The translations under genes were made by a program, and so were the position numbers. From NCBI GenBank assembly GCA_965112735.1, contig OZ218965.1, positions 310,001-374,000 on the forward strand: a stretch of 64,000 bases of DNA, in the 5' to 3' direction. The stretch's first letter is position 1, and every line of letters starts with the position of its first letter. Origin of the DNA: Phaeosaccion multiseriatum. Taxonomy: Eukaryota; Protista; Ochrophyta, other classes. Under the pieces are notes generated by a model. It did not search any database and was not told where the DNA came from. It saw only the letters and a list, made by a program, of their open reading frames with translations. This document shows positions 13,561 through 26,488 of this stretch, piece by piece.

Positions 13561-15510
13561 CACAGACCGAGAGGAAAGAGAGAGAACAAGAGAGAGAGAA
13601 TGTCATTTGACTCGCACGACCCAGCATGCTTGACCCGAGCCCCTTCCCTCTGTTCGCTGCCCGTATGCCCTTCCCCCCATCCACTGCCATCCCGCCTTAG
13701 CATCCTGCTCGACGGAGAGGAGGAGGATGCCTTCTGGGACGGCTTGGCGGTGGAGGCACAGGTTTCCGAGGCTGCACGGATGCACATCAGGAGCACTCAC
13801 AGCAGTGTCAGCCCTCAGAAGCGGAGCAGCGCTGCTGCCTCTCTCATGGCCGCTTCCCACGCATTTCCTTCTGCTGCATCATCCCCCCGGGAGGGCTCTG
13901 CTGCGTCCCCCCGGGAGCTGCAGCGGCCTCAGCTTTCTCCTCCGCCGCCGAGGTATCAATATCACTATCGGACCCAGGGGGGCACCCGCAGTGGTACCCC
14001 CGCCCGGGGCGCAGCAGTCAATCGCCATTCGCCAGTCGATAGTCGTGGCTTGGCGGCCCCAGGGGTGGGGGGCAGCGATGAGGCGTGGGAGAGGCATGTA
14101 GTGCATCCTCATGCCTCCTTGCCATCGGAGGCATTCCCTGCGTCTAACGTGGAGGAGGAAGAGGAGGAGGAGGAGGAGGAGGAGGAGGAGGAGGAGGAGG
14201 AGGAGGAGGAGGAGGAGAGGGGGGAGGGAGGAGGGGAGGAAGGGAGGGAGGGAGAGGAGGAGGAGGAGGAGGAGGAGGAGGAGGAGGAGGAGGGGAGGGG
14301 GGGGGGAGGAGGGGAGGAGAGGAGAGGGGAGGGAGGAGGGGGGGAAGAGAGGGAGGGAGGAGGGGAGGGAGGAGTTGAGGAAGGAAGGGAGGGAAGGAAG
14401 GAAGGAGAGGGTAGCGGAGGGAGTGTGGGCTTTGAGGTGTGGAGACGGAGCGTCCCCGCCGGCAGCATTGGGAGGGGGAAGCTCCAGCAACAGCAGTTGG
14501 TGATACAGCAGCACCAGCAGCAGCAGCAGCAGCAGATGGTGATACAGCAGCACAGGCCTGCAGAGGCGACGCTGGATCAAGCCGCTCTCGACGCCGCCCC
14601 CGTGGTGCAGGTACGCATGTTGGTCGCTCGACCAAAATCCCATCTGTGAGGCGGTCAGAAGATCAATCCGTGAAGCTGACGCGTGTCCTCTAGCCATCGA
14701 TGCGTGTGGTCTCTCAAGATGGCCCACCTTGTGGATCCAAGCTGACTCCCTTGTCCTGACACCTTGTGGATCCAAGCTGACTCCCTTGTCCTGACACCCA
14801 CTGCACTCCCGCCACCCTTAGTCCTGACACCCGCCCGCCCCTTGCTCCCGTCCCAACCCTTGACACCTGACACCTGACACCTGACACCTGACACCTGACA
14901 CCTGACACCTGACACCTGACACCTGACACCTGACACCAGGCCGTGCGAGCGGCGGAGGCGCGTGTGGAGCGCGCGTTGCAGTTCCAAGACGAGATCAGCG
15001 ACGAGTACCTGGAGGTAAGTAAGCTTACGTAAGCTTACCACTTCAGTACGTACCCGTACGTAATTTGCCAGCCTGGGTGTGTGGGGGAGGGGTTCCGAGA
15101 CACTCTGAAAGGAGCGCACCGCTGGAACGCGGCTCGAGCCGTCCCCGCTGTGCCCATATGCCTGCCCACCGCTTCAATATGGGTAGGTACTCAAGTGCGT
15201 CCCTCATCTCCATCCACTGCCATCCCCCCGCCCGCCCAGGTGCTGCTCTGGTTGCTGGGGCTGAGTCTGCTTGCCGTGTTGGCTCTTCAGGTGGTCGGGC
15301 TTCAGCACCGTGTGTGGACCATCGCTAGGTGTGTATGTACCTTGACCGTTACCCCACCCTGACCCTGACCCTGATCCTGGCCCTCACCCTCACCCTCATC
15401 CTCACCCTTACACTCACCCTCACCCCCATCCTCATCCTCACCCTCACCCTCACCCTCACCTTCACCTTCACCTTCACCTTCACCTTCACCTTCACCCTCA
15501 CCCTCACTCT

Positions 15511-15571
<61 letters not shown>

Positions 15572-16356
15572 TCGCTCTCACCCTCATCTTCTCACTCTCA
15601 TCCTCTCACTCTCACCCTCACTCCCCCCCTCACCCTGCTCCTGCCGCTGCCTCTGACCATGACCAGATACGCGGTGCTGGCTTTGAGCGTGCCCGTGCTG
15701 GGCGTGGTGGTGGCCTATTGCTTCGAGAGCAGCCGCGGCGGTCAGGAAGTCACGGTGAGTGGGTGCCTGTGCATGTGTGTGTGTGTGTGTGCGTGTGTGC
15801 GTGTGTGAGGACGTGTGTGTGCGTGTGTGAGAGCGTGTGTGTGCGTGTGTGAGTGCGTGCGTGCATGTGTGAGGGAGTGGGCGGGGAGGGGGTGGTTGGG
15901 TGGCTGGGTGGCTGGGTGGGTGGGTGGATAGGCGGATGGACAGCTGCGCCTTCTACCTTCTTCCTCCCTTCTTGCGCCCCCTTTCCTTGCAGCGGTGCGG
16001 GACACACTGTAAAGTTGCGGAGGGGGGGTATGATACCCAATCTATCCTGCCCACTCATACCCAAACAATGAGAGGGCACGATACCCAATTAATCCTACCC
16101 ACTCATACCCAAACAATGATACCCACTCATCTCCTTCGCCCCGCTGACTGAGTGCCCTTTGTCTTGTGCCTCCTGTCCTCTTGGGCTGCTTGGACTTACT
16201 GTCCCCCCCAACCACACCGAACAGGGCGCCGTGCTGGCGAGAGACCGAGCGAAGAAGAAGGCACTGGCGGCTGGCTTCGCGCTCAAGAGCTTCGCGCTCA
16301 ACAAGGTCACAACTGACGACCCGCGAAGACCGAAAGCAGAGGGCAAGGACCTCTGA
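12405..16356 (+). CDS. Multi-exon Ser/Pro-rich protein with two C-terminal transmembrane segments, unknown function
   Basis: Exon-like segments near 12405, 12830-13293, 13701-14610, 14940-15014, 15240-15328 (VLLWLLGLSLLAVLALQVV), 15667-15754 (YAVLALSVPVLGVVVAYC) and 16225-16356 have GT/AG borders. 5' end uncertain. Confidence 0.5.
14862..14937. repeat. (GACACCT)n heptamer repeat, intronic
   Basis: Direct reading of the sequence. Confidence 0.9.
15355..15570. repeat. (CACCCT/CACCTT)n hexamer repeat, intronic
   Basis: Direct reading of the sequence. Confidence 0.9.
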
Positions 16357-16654
16357 GCTGAGCTGAGCTGAGTGAGTGAGATGAGAGCATGTTTTGGACG
16401 CGCGCGTCTCGGCCGGTGTTGTCGGTGTCGGTCTGGCACTTGCTAGAGAGAGAGAAGCTACAGAGAGAGAGAGAGAGAGAGAGGTCGGCCGTTGAAAGCG
16501 ATTGTGTGTGTAGTAGGATTCAGTATCAACTACTGATCTCCGTTCATTTTTAATGTCGAACATACACAGAACAGAACGTCAAATCAAGAGGTCGAACTGA
16601 AGCAACGCGGCGGTTCACTGGCGCTGTGGATTCGCTTTCTCAAAGTCCGTGTGT

Positions 16655-16792
16655 GTGTTGATGTGTTGATGAGTTGATGTGTTGATGTGTTGATGTGTTG
16701 ATGAGTTGATGAGTTGATGAGTTGATGTGTTGATGTGTTGATGTGTTGATGTGTTGATGTGTTGATGGAGTTGATGTGTTAATGTGTTGATG
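16655..16792. repeat. (GATGTGTT)n octamer repeat
   Basis: Direct reading of the sequence. Confidence 0.9.
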
Positions 16793-17596
16793 ACGATACT
16801 ATGCATAGACTCCATAGCATCGCAACAGGGCGCCGATGCTCGCACGTGCCCACACGGGCTCCCTGACCGGGTTTGATTTGGTTTTGAGCCCGTCTACCAA
16901 TGGTCCTATGGTCCAATGGAGGACCAATGCCCAAGCAAGAGAGCCTGGCACGCAGTAGGAATCTATAGCAGATAGAGAGAGGGTGCCTCGGTGCCCCACT
17001 CGCTCGGCTGGCTGGGCTCTCTTTGGGGCTCTCGTGGCTTGCCCGTATGCCCGTATGTGCGGCCTTGTGTCTTTGGACTCTCTCCTCTGTTGGCTCTCTC
17101 TGCGGCTCTGCAGCTCAGCGACTCTGCCCACGAGAACTCCGAGGTGTCGCTTGACCCCATCCTTCCTGTACCGCGTGCCCACTGCTGCATCACCAACTGC
17201 TGCATCACCAACTGCTGCATCATCAGCTGCTGCACTGCCCCTGCCCACTGATCCTGACTGACTGACCCGTGAAGCGAGGAGGCGGAGCGAGGTTGGGGGG
17301 GGGGGAGGAGGCATAAGCAAATAAGTCAACTAAGGAAGTGTTTGTTGCAGCAGGCGGCGTCGGTTCAGCCAAGAAGTAGTGTGGCCGTCTGCATTGAATA
17401 AGTTAAAAGACTTCCAACGATCGTACCTTCCCCTTCCCCCCCGACGAAGCACAAATAGAAGAGCCCCTCCTTCAGAGTCTCGATGTTCGTGTTACAGTCT
17501 CGATATTCGTGTGGCAAAGAGTCTCGATATTCGTGTTGCGTAGAGAACAGGGTCGCTCCGTCGTCGGATATCAGCCGCTGCCCTTGCACCGTTGTG

Positions 17597-18866
17597 CAGA
17601 GCTCCAGCCTGGAGATGGGATGTCGAGCTCCAGCCTCGAGATGGGATGTCGAGCTCCAGCCTCGAGATGGGGTGTCGAGCTCCAACCTCGAGATGAGATG
17701 ACGAGCTCCAATATGAGATGACGAGCTCCAACCTCGAGATGGGATGTCGAGCTCCAGCCTCGAGATGGGATGTCGAGCTCCAGCCTCGAGATGAGATGAC
17801 GAGCTCCAGCCTCGAGATGAGATGTCGAGCTCCAACCTCGAGATGAGATGACGAGCTCCAACCTCGAGATGAGATGACGAGCTCCAAAGCTCCAGCCTCG
17901 AGATGAGATGATCTCGAGATGGGATGTCGAGCTCCAGCCTCGAGATGAGATGACGAGCTCCAGATGAGATGACGACCTCCAACCTCGAGATGAGATGACG
18001 AGCTTCAACCTCAAAAATAAAAAAACGAGCTCCAGCCAATAGATGAGATGACGAGCTCCAACCTCGAGATGAGATGACGAGCTCCAGCCTCGAGATGAGA
18101 TGACGAGCTCCAACCTCAAAAATAAAAAAGGGCTCCAGCCAATAGATGAGATGACGAGCTCCAGCCTCGAGATGAGATGACGAGCTCCAGCCTCGAGATG
18201 AGATGACGAGCTCCAACCTCAAAAATAAAAAAACGAGCTCCAGCCAATAGATGAGATGACGAGCTCCAGCCTCGAGATGAGATGACGAGCTCCAGCCTCG
18301 AGATGAGATGACGAGCTCCAACCTCAAAAATAAAAAACGAGCTCCAGCCAATAGATGAGATGACGAGCTCCAGCCTCGAGATGAGATGACGAGCTCCAGC
18401 CTCGAGATGAGATGACGAGCTCCAACCTCAAAAATAAAAAAACGAGCTCCAACCTCGAGATGAGATGACGAGCTCCAGCCTCGAGATGAGATGACGAGCT
18501 CCAACCTCAAAAATAAAAAAACGAGCTCCAACCTCGAGATGGGATGTCGAGCTCCAGCCTCGAGATGAGATGACGAGCTCCAGCCTCGAGATGAGATGAC
18601 GAGCTCCAGCCTCGAGATGAGATGACGAGCTCCAGCCTCGAGATGAGATGACGAGCTCCAACCTCGAGATGAGATGACGAGCTCCAACCTCGAGATGAGA
18701 TGACGAGCTCCAACCTCGAGATGAGATGTCGAGCTCCAACCTCGAGATGAGATGACGAGCTCCAGCCTCGAGATGGGATGTCACTCTCCAACCTCGAATG
18801 ACGAGCTCCAGCCTCGAGACGAGATGACGAGCTCCAGCCTCGAGATGGTACGTCGAGCTCCAACCT
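17597..18866. repeat. 26-bp minisatellite (GAGCTCCAGCCTCGAGATGAGATGAC) with variant units and higher-order structure
   Basis: About 1.27 kb array. Variant units GAGCTCCAACCTCAAAAATAAAAAAAC and GAGCTCCAGCCAATAGATGAGATGAC recur in a B-C-A-A pattern at about 18000-18530. Confidence 0.95.
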
Positions 18867-18885
18867 CACCACACGCCCAGAGAGT

Positions 18886-19073
18886 ACACATCATGCTCAA
18901 ACGTGGCATCAGCACCGCCCACACAATCCCAGTCCATGCTGGAGTCTTACACATCATGCTCAAACGTGGCATCAGCACCGCCCACACAATCCCAGTCCGT
19001 GTTGGAGTCTTACACATCATGCTCAAACGTGGCATCAGCACCGCCCACACAATCTCAGTCCGTGTTGGAGTCT
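18886..19073. repeat. 63-bp tandem repeat x3
   Basis: Units start at 18886, 18949 and 19012 (ACACATCATGCTCAAACGTGGCATCAGC...). Confidence 0.9.
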
Positions 19074-19315
19074 TCTCTGGCTGTGCATGTGCATCGGGGC
19101 GCTGTGTGGGTGTGTGTCAGCAGGGCTCTGGCAACGCCGACAGTGCACTACCCACCGCCGTCTCGCAGCGGAAACCGGGGCTCGCTCCGAGCCTGCCCAC
19201 AGCGTTGCGCGAATGGGCAGATATGCCTCCAAAGGGAAGATGTGCCTTCAAACTGCCTCCCCTCATGAGGGTGCACCAGGCACCAAGCAGGCACCACGGG
19301 CGGCTGGCTCCTGGC

Positions 19316-22300
19316 TCAGAACCTTACGACCGCTTCGTCAACTTCAACGCCCAGAGTCTTGAAACGTCCTGCCCCTAGCTCTGTAGCTCGGCGAAGCTGC
19401 TCCTCAAGCTCGACGATCTTCCTGTCGCTTTCTTGTAGTTTTGCTCTCAGAGCTTTTACTTCAGCGTCTCTCTCTGCGCTCTTAAGCTCGGCGACCCTGT
19501 CTCTCTCCCGTAGTTCTTCTCTCAGAGCTTTCACTTCACCATTTTTCTCTGCGCTCTTGAGCTCGGTGACCCTGTCTCTTTCCCGTCTCTCTTCTCTCAG
19601 AGCTTTCACTTCAGCATCTCTCTCTTCCACCGCACGGTCCCTCGCTTCCACCGCACGGTCCCTCTCTTCCAGCGTTGCTCTCAAGGCTCTGAGCTCACCA
19701 TCTCTCCCCTCCCGCGGTGATCGAAACTCTCCCACCTCACGATTCCTCCCTCCCGTTGCTGCTCTTTTATTGAAGCCTCTGAGCTTTCCATACATGCCTC
19801 CTCGTGGGTAGGCTCGTATAGCTCTGATCTCATCCTCCCTCACTTGCGGCGTTGGTCGCGAAGCTCCCACATCATCGCCTCCTTCGTGAAGCGTTGCTCG
19901 TAAGACTCGAAGTTCGCCGTCTTTCTGCCCCAGTGCCGCTCGCATTCCACCAAGCTCCCCCTCCCTCTGCCCCAGTGCCACTTTCAAAACTCTAAGTTCC
20001 TCCTCTCTTAAAACTCTCAGTTCCTCCTCCGTCTCTCCTTGCGATGTTGCTCCTGAGACACTCACATCAGCCTGTGTCCGTGGGGTACTCTTTTAGAGGA
20101 GATGCAGGGGTGGGTGCGGCGAAGGAGGAGGAGGAGGAGGAGGAGGAGGAGGAGGAGGAGAAGGAGGAGGAGGAGGAGGAGGAGGAGGAGGAGGAGGAGG
20201 AAGAGGAGGAGGAGGAGGAGGAGGAGGAGGAGGAGGAGGAGGAGGAGGCGCGAAGGAGGCGTCAGTGCTGCAGAAAGAGCCGGGACTGCTCTGACTCCAT
20301 ATTATTCTAAACGAATACATCTGTCGTCAAGCATTTGCTCCCAAGACCGGCATATCCACCTCCTTCGCCTCTGATGAACGCTGAACGCGCTTTTTCCCCG
20401 TGACGGAAGCATGCACTGCACTCACTACACTCACTCTCTCTCACTGCACTCACTGCACTCACTACACTCACTGCACTCACTCTCTCTCTCACTACACTCA
20501 CTACACTCACTCACTCTCTCACTGCACTCACTGCACTCACTCTCTCTCTCACTGCACTCACTGCACTCACTACACTCACTCTCTCTCTCACTGCACTCAC
20601 TGCACTCACTCTCTCTCTCACTGCACTCACTCTCTCTCTCACTGCACTCACTACACTCACTCTCTCTCTCACTGCACTCACTGCACTCACTACACTCACT
20701 CTCTCTCACTGCACTCACTGCACTCACTACACTCACTCTCTCTCTCACTGCACTCACTACACTCACTCTCTCTCTCACTGCACTCACTGCACTCACTCTC
20801 TCTCTCACTGCACTCACTACACTCACTCTCTCTCTCACTGCACTCACTACACTCACTCACTCTCTCACTGCACTCACTGCACTCACTCTCTCTCTCACTG
20901 CACTCACTACACTCACTCTCTCTCTCACTACACTCACTACACTCACTCTCTCTCTCACTGCACTCACTGCACTCACTCTCTCTCTCACTGCACTCACTAC
21001 ACTCACTACACTCACTACACTCACTACATTCACTCTCTCTCTCACTGCACTCACTACACTCACTCTCTCTCTCACTGCACTCACTCTCTCTCTCACTACA
21101 CTCACTCTCTCACTACACTCACTCTCTCTCTCACTGCACTCACTGCACTCACTACACTCACTCTCTCTCTCACTGCACTCACTACACTCACTCTCTCTCT
21201 CACTGCACTCACTGCACTCACTACACTCACTCTCTCTCTCACTGCACTCACTCTCTCTCTCACTGCACTCACTCTCTCTCTCACTGCACTCACTCTCTCT
21301 CTCACTGCACTCACTGCACTCACTCTCTCTCTCACTGCACTCACTGCACTCACTCTCTCTCACTGCACTCACTGCACTCACTGCACTCACTGCACTCACT
21401 GCACTCACTCTCTCTCTCACTGCACTCACTACACTCACTGCACTCACTACACTCACTGCACTCACTGCACTCACTGCACTCACTCTCTCTCTCACTGCAC
21501 TCACTCTCTCTCTCACTGCACTCACTACACTCACTCTCTCTCTCACTGCACTCACTACACTCACTCTCTCTCTCACTGCACTCACTGCACTCACTCTCTC
21601 TCTCACTGCACTCACTGCACTCACTACACTCACTCTCTCTCTCACTACACTCACTGCACTCACTGCACTCACTACACTCACTCTCTCTCACTGCACTCAC
21701 TACACTCACTCTCTCTCTCACTGCACTCACTGCACTCACTACACTCACTCTCTCTCACTGCACTCACTGCACTCACTACACTCACTCTCTCTCTCACTGC
21801 ACTCACTGCACTCACTCTCTCTCACTGCACTCACTACACTCACTACACTCACTCTCTCTCTCACTACACTCACTACACTCACTCTCTCTCTCACTGCACT
21901 CACTACACTCACTCTCTCTCTCACTGCACTCACTACACTCACTCTCTCTCACTGCACTCACTACACTCACTCTCTCTCTCACTGCACTCACTCTCTCTCT
22001 CACTGCACTCACTGCACTCACTCTCTCTCTCACTGCACTCACTCACTCTCTCACTGCACTCACTGCACTCACTACACTCACTGCACTCACTCTCTCTCTC
22101 ACTGCACTCACTACACTCATTCTCTCTCTCACTGCACTCACTACACTCACTCTCTCTCTCACTGCACTCACTGCACTCACTACACTCACTCTCTCTCTCA
22201 CTGCACTCACTACACTCACTCTCTCTCTCACTGCACTCACTGCACTCACTACACTCACTCTCTCTCTCACTGCACTCACTACACTCACTCTCTCTCTCAC

Positions 22301-25300
22301 TGCACTCACTGCACTCACTCTCTCTCTCACTGCACTCACTACACTCACTCTCTCTCTCACTGCACTCACTACACTCACTCTCTCTCTCACTACACTCACT
22401 GCACTCACTACACTCACTCTCTCTCTCACTGCACTCACTACACTCACTCTCTCTCTCACTGCACTCACTGCACTCACTCTCTCTCTCACTGCACTCACTA
22501 CACTCACTCTCTCTCTCACTGCACTCACTACACTCACTCTCTCTCTCACTGCACTCACTACACTCACTCTCTCTCACTGCACTCACTGCACTCACTCTCT
22601 CTCACTGCACTCACTGCACTCACTACACTCACTGCACTCACTACACTCACTACACTCACTACACTCACTCTCTCTCTCACTGCACTCACTACACTCACTC
22701 TCTCTCTCTCTCTCTCACTGCACTCACTGCACTCACTGCACTCACTACACTCACTCTCTCTCTCACTACACTCACTACACTCACTACACTCACTGCACTC
22801 ACTGCACTCACTACACTCACTCTCTCTCTCACTGCACTCACTACACTCACTCTCTCTCTCTCTCTCTCACTGCACTCACTGCACTCACTGCACTCACTAC
22901 ACTCACTCTCTCTCTCACTGCACTCACTGCACTCACTACACTCACTCTCTCTCTCACTGCACTCACTACACTCACTCTCTCTCACTGCACTCACTGCACT
23001 CACTCTCTCTCTCACTGCACTCACTACACTCACTCTCTCTCTCACTGCACTCACTGCACTCACTGCACTCACTCTCTCTCTCACTGCACTCACTGCACTC
23101 ACTACACTCACTCTCTCTCTCACTGCACTCACTGCACTCACTCTCTCTCTCACTGCACTCACTACACTCACTACACTCACTCTCTCTCACTACACTCACT
23201 ACACTCACTCTCTCTCTCACTGCACTCACTGCACTCACTCTCTCTCTCACTGCACTCACTCACTCTCTCACTGCACTCACTGCACTCACTACACTCACTG
23301 CACTCACTCTCTCTCTCACTGCACTCACTACACTCACTCTCTCTCTCACTGCACTCACTACACTCACTCTCTCTCTCACTGCACTCACTGCACTCACTAC
23401 ACTCACTCTCTCTCTCACTGCACTCACTACACTCACTCTCTCTCTCACTGCACTCACTGCACTCACTCTCTCTCTCACTGCACTCACTACACTCACTCTC
23501 TCTCTCACTGCACTCACTACACTCACTCTCTCTCTCACTACACTCACTGCACTCACTACACTCACTCTCTCTCTCACTGCACTCACTACACTCACTCTCT
23601 CTCTCACTGCACTCACTGCACTCACTCTCTCTCTCACTGCACTCACTACACTCACTCTCTCTCTCACTGCACTCACTACACTCACTCTCTCTCTCACTGC
23701 ACTCACTACACTCACTCTCTCTCACTGCACTCACTGCACTCACTCTCTCTCTCACTGCACTCACTGCACTCACTACACTCACTGCACTCACTACACTCAC
23801 TACACTCACTGCACTCACTACACTCACTCTCTCTCTCACTGCACTCACTACACTCTCTCTCTCTCTCTCTCTCTCACTGCACTCACTGCACTCACTGCAC
23901 TCACTACACTCACTCTCTCTCTCACTACACTCACTACACTCACTACACTCACTGCACTCACTGCACTCACTACACTCACTCTCTCTCTCACTGCACTCAC
24001 TACACTCACTCTCTCTCTCTCTCTCTCACTGCACTCACTGCACTCACTGCACTCACTACACTCACTCTCTCTCACTGCACTCACTGCACTCACTCTCTCT
24101 CTCACTGCACTCACTACACTCACTCTCTCTCACTGCACTCACTACACTCACTCTCTCTCTCACTGCACTCACTACACTCACTCTCTCTCTCACTGCACTC
24201 TCTCTCTCACTGCACTCACTGCACTCACTGCACTCACTACACTCACTCTCCCTCTCACTACACTCACTACACTCACTCTCTCTCTCACTGCACTCACTGC
24301 ACTCACTCTCTCTCTCACTGCAGTCACTACACTCACTCTCTCTCACTGCACTCACTACACTCACTCTCTCTCTCACTACACTCACTCTCTCTCTCACTGC
24401 ACTCACTACACTCACTCTCTCTCTCTCACTGCACTCACTACACTCACTCTCTCTCTCACTGCACTCACTGCACTCACTACACTCACTCTCTCTCTCACTG
24501 CACTCACTGCACTCACTACACTCACTCTCTCTCACTGCACTCACTGCACTCTCGCCCTTACCTGCGCGACGGTGTGCGCTTGCCAGTCCGCCCGTAGCTC
24601 CGCTATAGATCGAAGCTCTGAAGGTGTGCACATTCGGCATTAAAGAGGAGAGTCAGATGATGCCATCTGGCAGATGAGTTGCAATACTGAAGTATGACTA
24701 CTTGGGGAAGGGGACAAGAGGGAGACAAACAAGAAGAAGGACTTGAGGAGGGAGTGGGCAATAGCACCAGACGACATGAAATCTACCAAGGAGGCAACCA
24801 CCCTACCCGAACCGAGGAAAGGCATTCCCATACCCAAGACGTGCAACGCGTAGCCTAGGAGAAGCGAGGAGGGGCGGCGTGCGACTTGCCCGGCAAGAGG
24901 GCTACAAGAAAGGGTTCAGTGAGTTGAGTGACTGCCCGGCTCATTGAAAGTGTAGCATGCCAAGGAAAGGGAAGTTCTTTGGTCCCACCAACAGCAGCAA
25001 GTTGCTGCTACTCACCAGAGAGGCGGTTGTTGAAGAGATTCAGATGTGTCAGGTTGGAGAGTTGGCCAAGCTGCAGGGGAATGTAGCCTGCCGAGGAGAG
25101 AGGAGGAAAGTTCTTGGGTCACACCACGATGGAGCAAATTGGGCGTCGAGGGCTCCCACCACTTACCAGAGAGCTGGTTGTTGAAAAGATTCAGGTGAGT
25201 CAGACTTGAGAGTTGGCCAAGCTCCGGCGGAATGGTCCCTGCGGGTGAAGAGTTCTTTGGTCACACACCAATATCGAGGGAAGTGGTAACACCGAGCTTT

Positions 25301-26011
25301 GCTACCACTCACCAGAGAGCTGGTTGTTGCACAGAGACAGTTCTTGTAGCCTGGAGAGTTGACCAAGCTCCGGCGCAATGCTCCCTGTGGAGGAGAGGAA
25401 GGCGCTTTGCTCAGACCGATATGAGGCCAAGTGGGCGACGAGGGTTGCCGCCACTTACCAGAGAGCTCATTGTTGCGGAGGTACAGCTTTTCTAGCCTGG
25501 AGAGCTGGCCGAGGTCGGGAGGAATGGTCCCTGCGAAGAGGAGGAGAGGGCAAGTCCTTTTAGCGCTTGCCTACCACGGGAGACATCATTTGCTGTCATG
25601 AGACAACACCGGACCATCGCGAGGGGTGCTACGGCACTAAGGAAAGGCCTGTACAGGCGGCAGCACAAACAGCCATCTTTCTCTTCTCGGTAAGATAGCG
25701 CAAGCCAAGGTGCTCACAATATGCTTACATCCGACCCCTTCATTGCCGTGTAAGTTGGAGAAGCGCGGCGACTTCACGCTCATTTAGCCACCCGACTTAC
25801 CTATGAGCCCATTACTGATGAGGTTGAGCTTAACCACACGGTTATTGACCACGACCACTCCCTCCCACGCCTCCAAAGGCGCTTCCGTATTCCATCCACG
25901 CTTGCGGTGCCAGGAGGTTGGGCCGCCTGTGGCGAGGAAGAGGGTGGAGAGCACCCTCCGCTGATCCTTCCGCTGCTCTTCCTCCCGTATGTCCAGTACA
26001 GGATCACTCAT
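19316..26011 (-). CDS. LRR protein: N-cap exon, four 72-nt single-LRR exons, a 56-nt linker exon and a coiled-coil exon (may extend to about 16799)
   Basis: Exons 26011-25801 (…LFLATGGPTSWHRKRGWNT..WEGV…VVKLNLISNGLIG), 25530-25459, 25384-25313, 25238-25167 and 25087-25016 (each G-x-IPxxLGQLSxLxxLxLxNNxLS, phase 1-1), then 24617-24562 (phase 1-0) and 20071-19328/19316 (coiled coil). All junctions are GT/AG and in frame. Possible further exons at 17577-17427 and 17253 onward also keep phase. Confidence 0.75.
20415..24552. repeat. 4.1-kb compound satellite of three words: CACTGCACT, CACTACACT, CACT(CT)3-4
   Basis: Direct reading; it lies inside the inferred 24561-20072 intron of the LRR gene. 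Confidence 0.97.
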
Positions 26012-26488
26012 GTGCGATGGTGAGGCCCCCATTGTTCCCCGCGTACTCTCTCCTCCCGTGCTGATTCCCTTTCCGTTTTCCTTCTCTCCTCTCCTCCTCC
26101 ACCTCCCTCTTTCTCCTCTCTATTTGTTGCACTTCTGCTCCTGTTCCCTGCCCAAACTGTTGATTGCTTGTATTTCTCCTGCTCCCTCCTGCTCCTCCCC
26201 CTCCCCCCCTCGTCTTGCTGCTCCTCCTCCTCTTGCTCGTCGTGCTCGTTCTCCTCCTCTTCTCTTCGAGCTTTTCGTCTTCCTCTCGTCTGCACGGGTC
26301 TATTGTATTTATATGCACGGGTCATTCGCTGCTATTGAAGATTCAATGTCGACTTTTCCTCTCAAACTTCGTCATATTTCCATGCCAAATGTGACTCTAT
26401 TCTCTATATTTCTATCCAAAGCAATCTGTTGACTTACTCCCTCGCGGCCTGCAAATCCTCTCTGTTTGTGCCTTTGTGGTTGTTTGTC

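Noticed and set aside
17365-18872. 440-aa repetitive ORF, or a CRISPR-like array
   Set aside because: Contiguous 26-bp units have no unique spacers, there are no cas genes, and the context is eukaryotic; the ORF is a translation of the satellite.
20400-24643. 1402-aa and 1410-aa ORFs, and the many ECSE/VSAV ORFs
   Set aside because: The three-word satellite cannot form stop codons on the + strand, so these are repeat artefacts.
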